A DNA stretch of 64,000 nt. Source: Octopus sinensis (Eukaryota). The position numbers were made by a program, and so were the translations under genes. The DNA is taken from NCBI RefSeq assembly GCF_006345805.1, contig NC_042997.1, forward strand, positions 89,280,001 to 89,344,000, read 5' to 3'. Positions 63,269 through 64,000 of this stretch are shown one piece after another. Each line of letters starts with the position of its first letter. Position 1 is the stretch's first letter. Below the pieces are notes generated by a model. That model did no database searches. It was not told the origin of the DNA and saw only the letters and a program-made list of their open reading frames with translations.

Positions 63269-64000
63269 GTATGTAATTATTTAATTTAATATTTTGATAT
63301 TGCAATTTTCAAATAATATCATCATTGGTTACAAATTTCCAATTAGCCAATTAGTGGTTTGTTCACTGAGAGTAATAGTGGCAAGGTAAACTTGGTAAAC
63401 TTTTAAGAGCACTGCTTTTTCTCTTCTTCTTTTGGGCTGATGTTTATATCTTCATCAAAATAAAGTGAAAGGTACAAATGAGCATGCAATCTCACATGGA
63501 TTTGTGTGTGAGTATACACATTGTAGAAAAGATTATTATTGTTGTTGTTATGCAGTGTCCAGTACACTTTCAGATTCCTGAGGTGTGTGCAACATTGTCT
63601 TTTAAGAGAGTAGAATTGCTGTTTGTATACTCTTTTCTATAATTGTAGTGTTTCTAGTTTACTTGAGTGTTTCATCTGTTTGTTGTGTAGAATATGTGGC
63701 ATGTGATTTCTGTCATTTTTGGGAGTTCAGTAGTGATTGCATATAGTTTTTATTAGTAGCAGTAGCACTGATGTGTCATTGAAGACTACCTATTTATATT
63801 TACTAATAACAACATCATCACCGTTCATCATTGCCATTTAACAGCCATTTCTCATTGCATGAGTTAGACAGAATTTATTGAGGCAGATTTTCTACAGCTG
63901 GATGCCCTTCCTGTCACCAACCCTTAGGTGAGGGTTGGTGACAGGTAATATTTCCCCATGACCAGATATATCTCAGAAGATTGAAAATGAAGGATACTGC

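Overview
Eukaryotic, AT-rich, microsatellite- and repeat-dense DNA. The repeat landscape and gene structure suggest a mollusc, probably an octopus or other coleoid; this is inference, not a database match. The right half holds the 5' part of a RAD50 gene on the + strand: 17 short coding exons from ATG 32855 to 63268, about 522 codons in one continuous frame, with the gene continuing past the window end. There are two intact tRNA genes, an intron-containing tRNA-Leu(CAA) at 8043-8155 and tRNA-Gln(CTG) at 28569-28640. They bracket a ~20 kb block of transposon debris (RTE, L2/CR1-like, Helitron, solo-LTR-like, MITEs, SINEs). A possible second gene runs on the - strand out of the left end, supported only by candidate exons. 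Almost all other ORFs in the supplied track are microsatellite or repeat artefacts or decayed retroelement pieces. The most notable observations are three. (1) Two RTE LINE copies carry a C4-H-C3 PHD-finger-like module inserted inside the reverse transcriptase. (2) A ~417-bp palindrome in RAD50 intron 6 is made of two copies of a unit with a tRNA-type B-box head and a Penelope-type hammerhead ribozyme. (3) A cluster of non-autonomous Helitrons includes an inverted pair and a copy with an extra ~220-bp segment. No prokaryote-type systems such as CRISPR are present.
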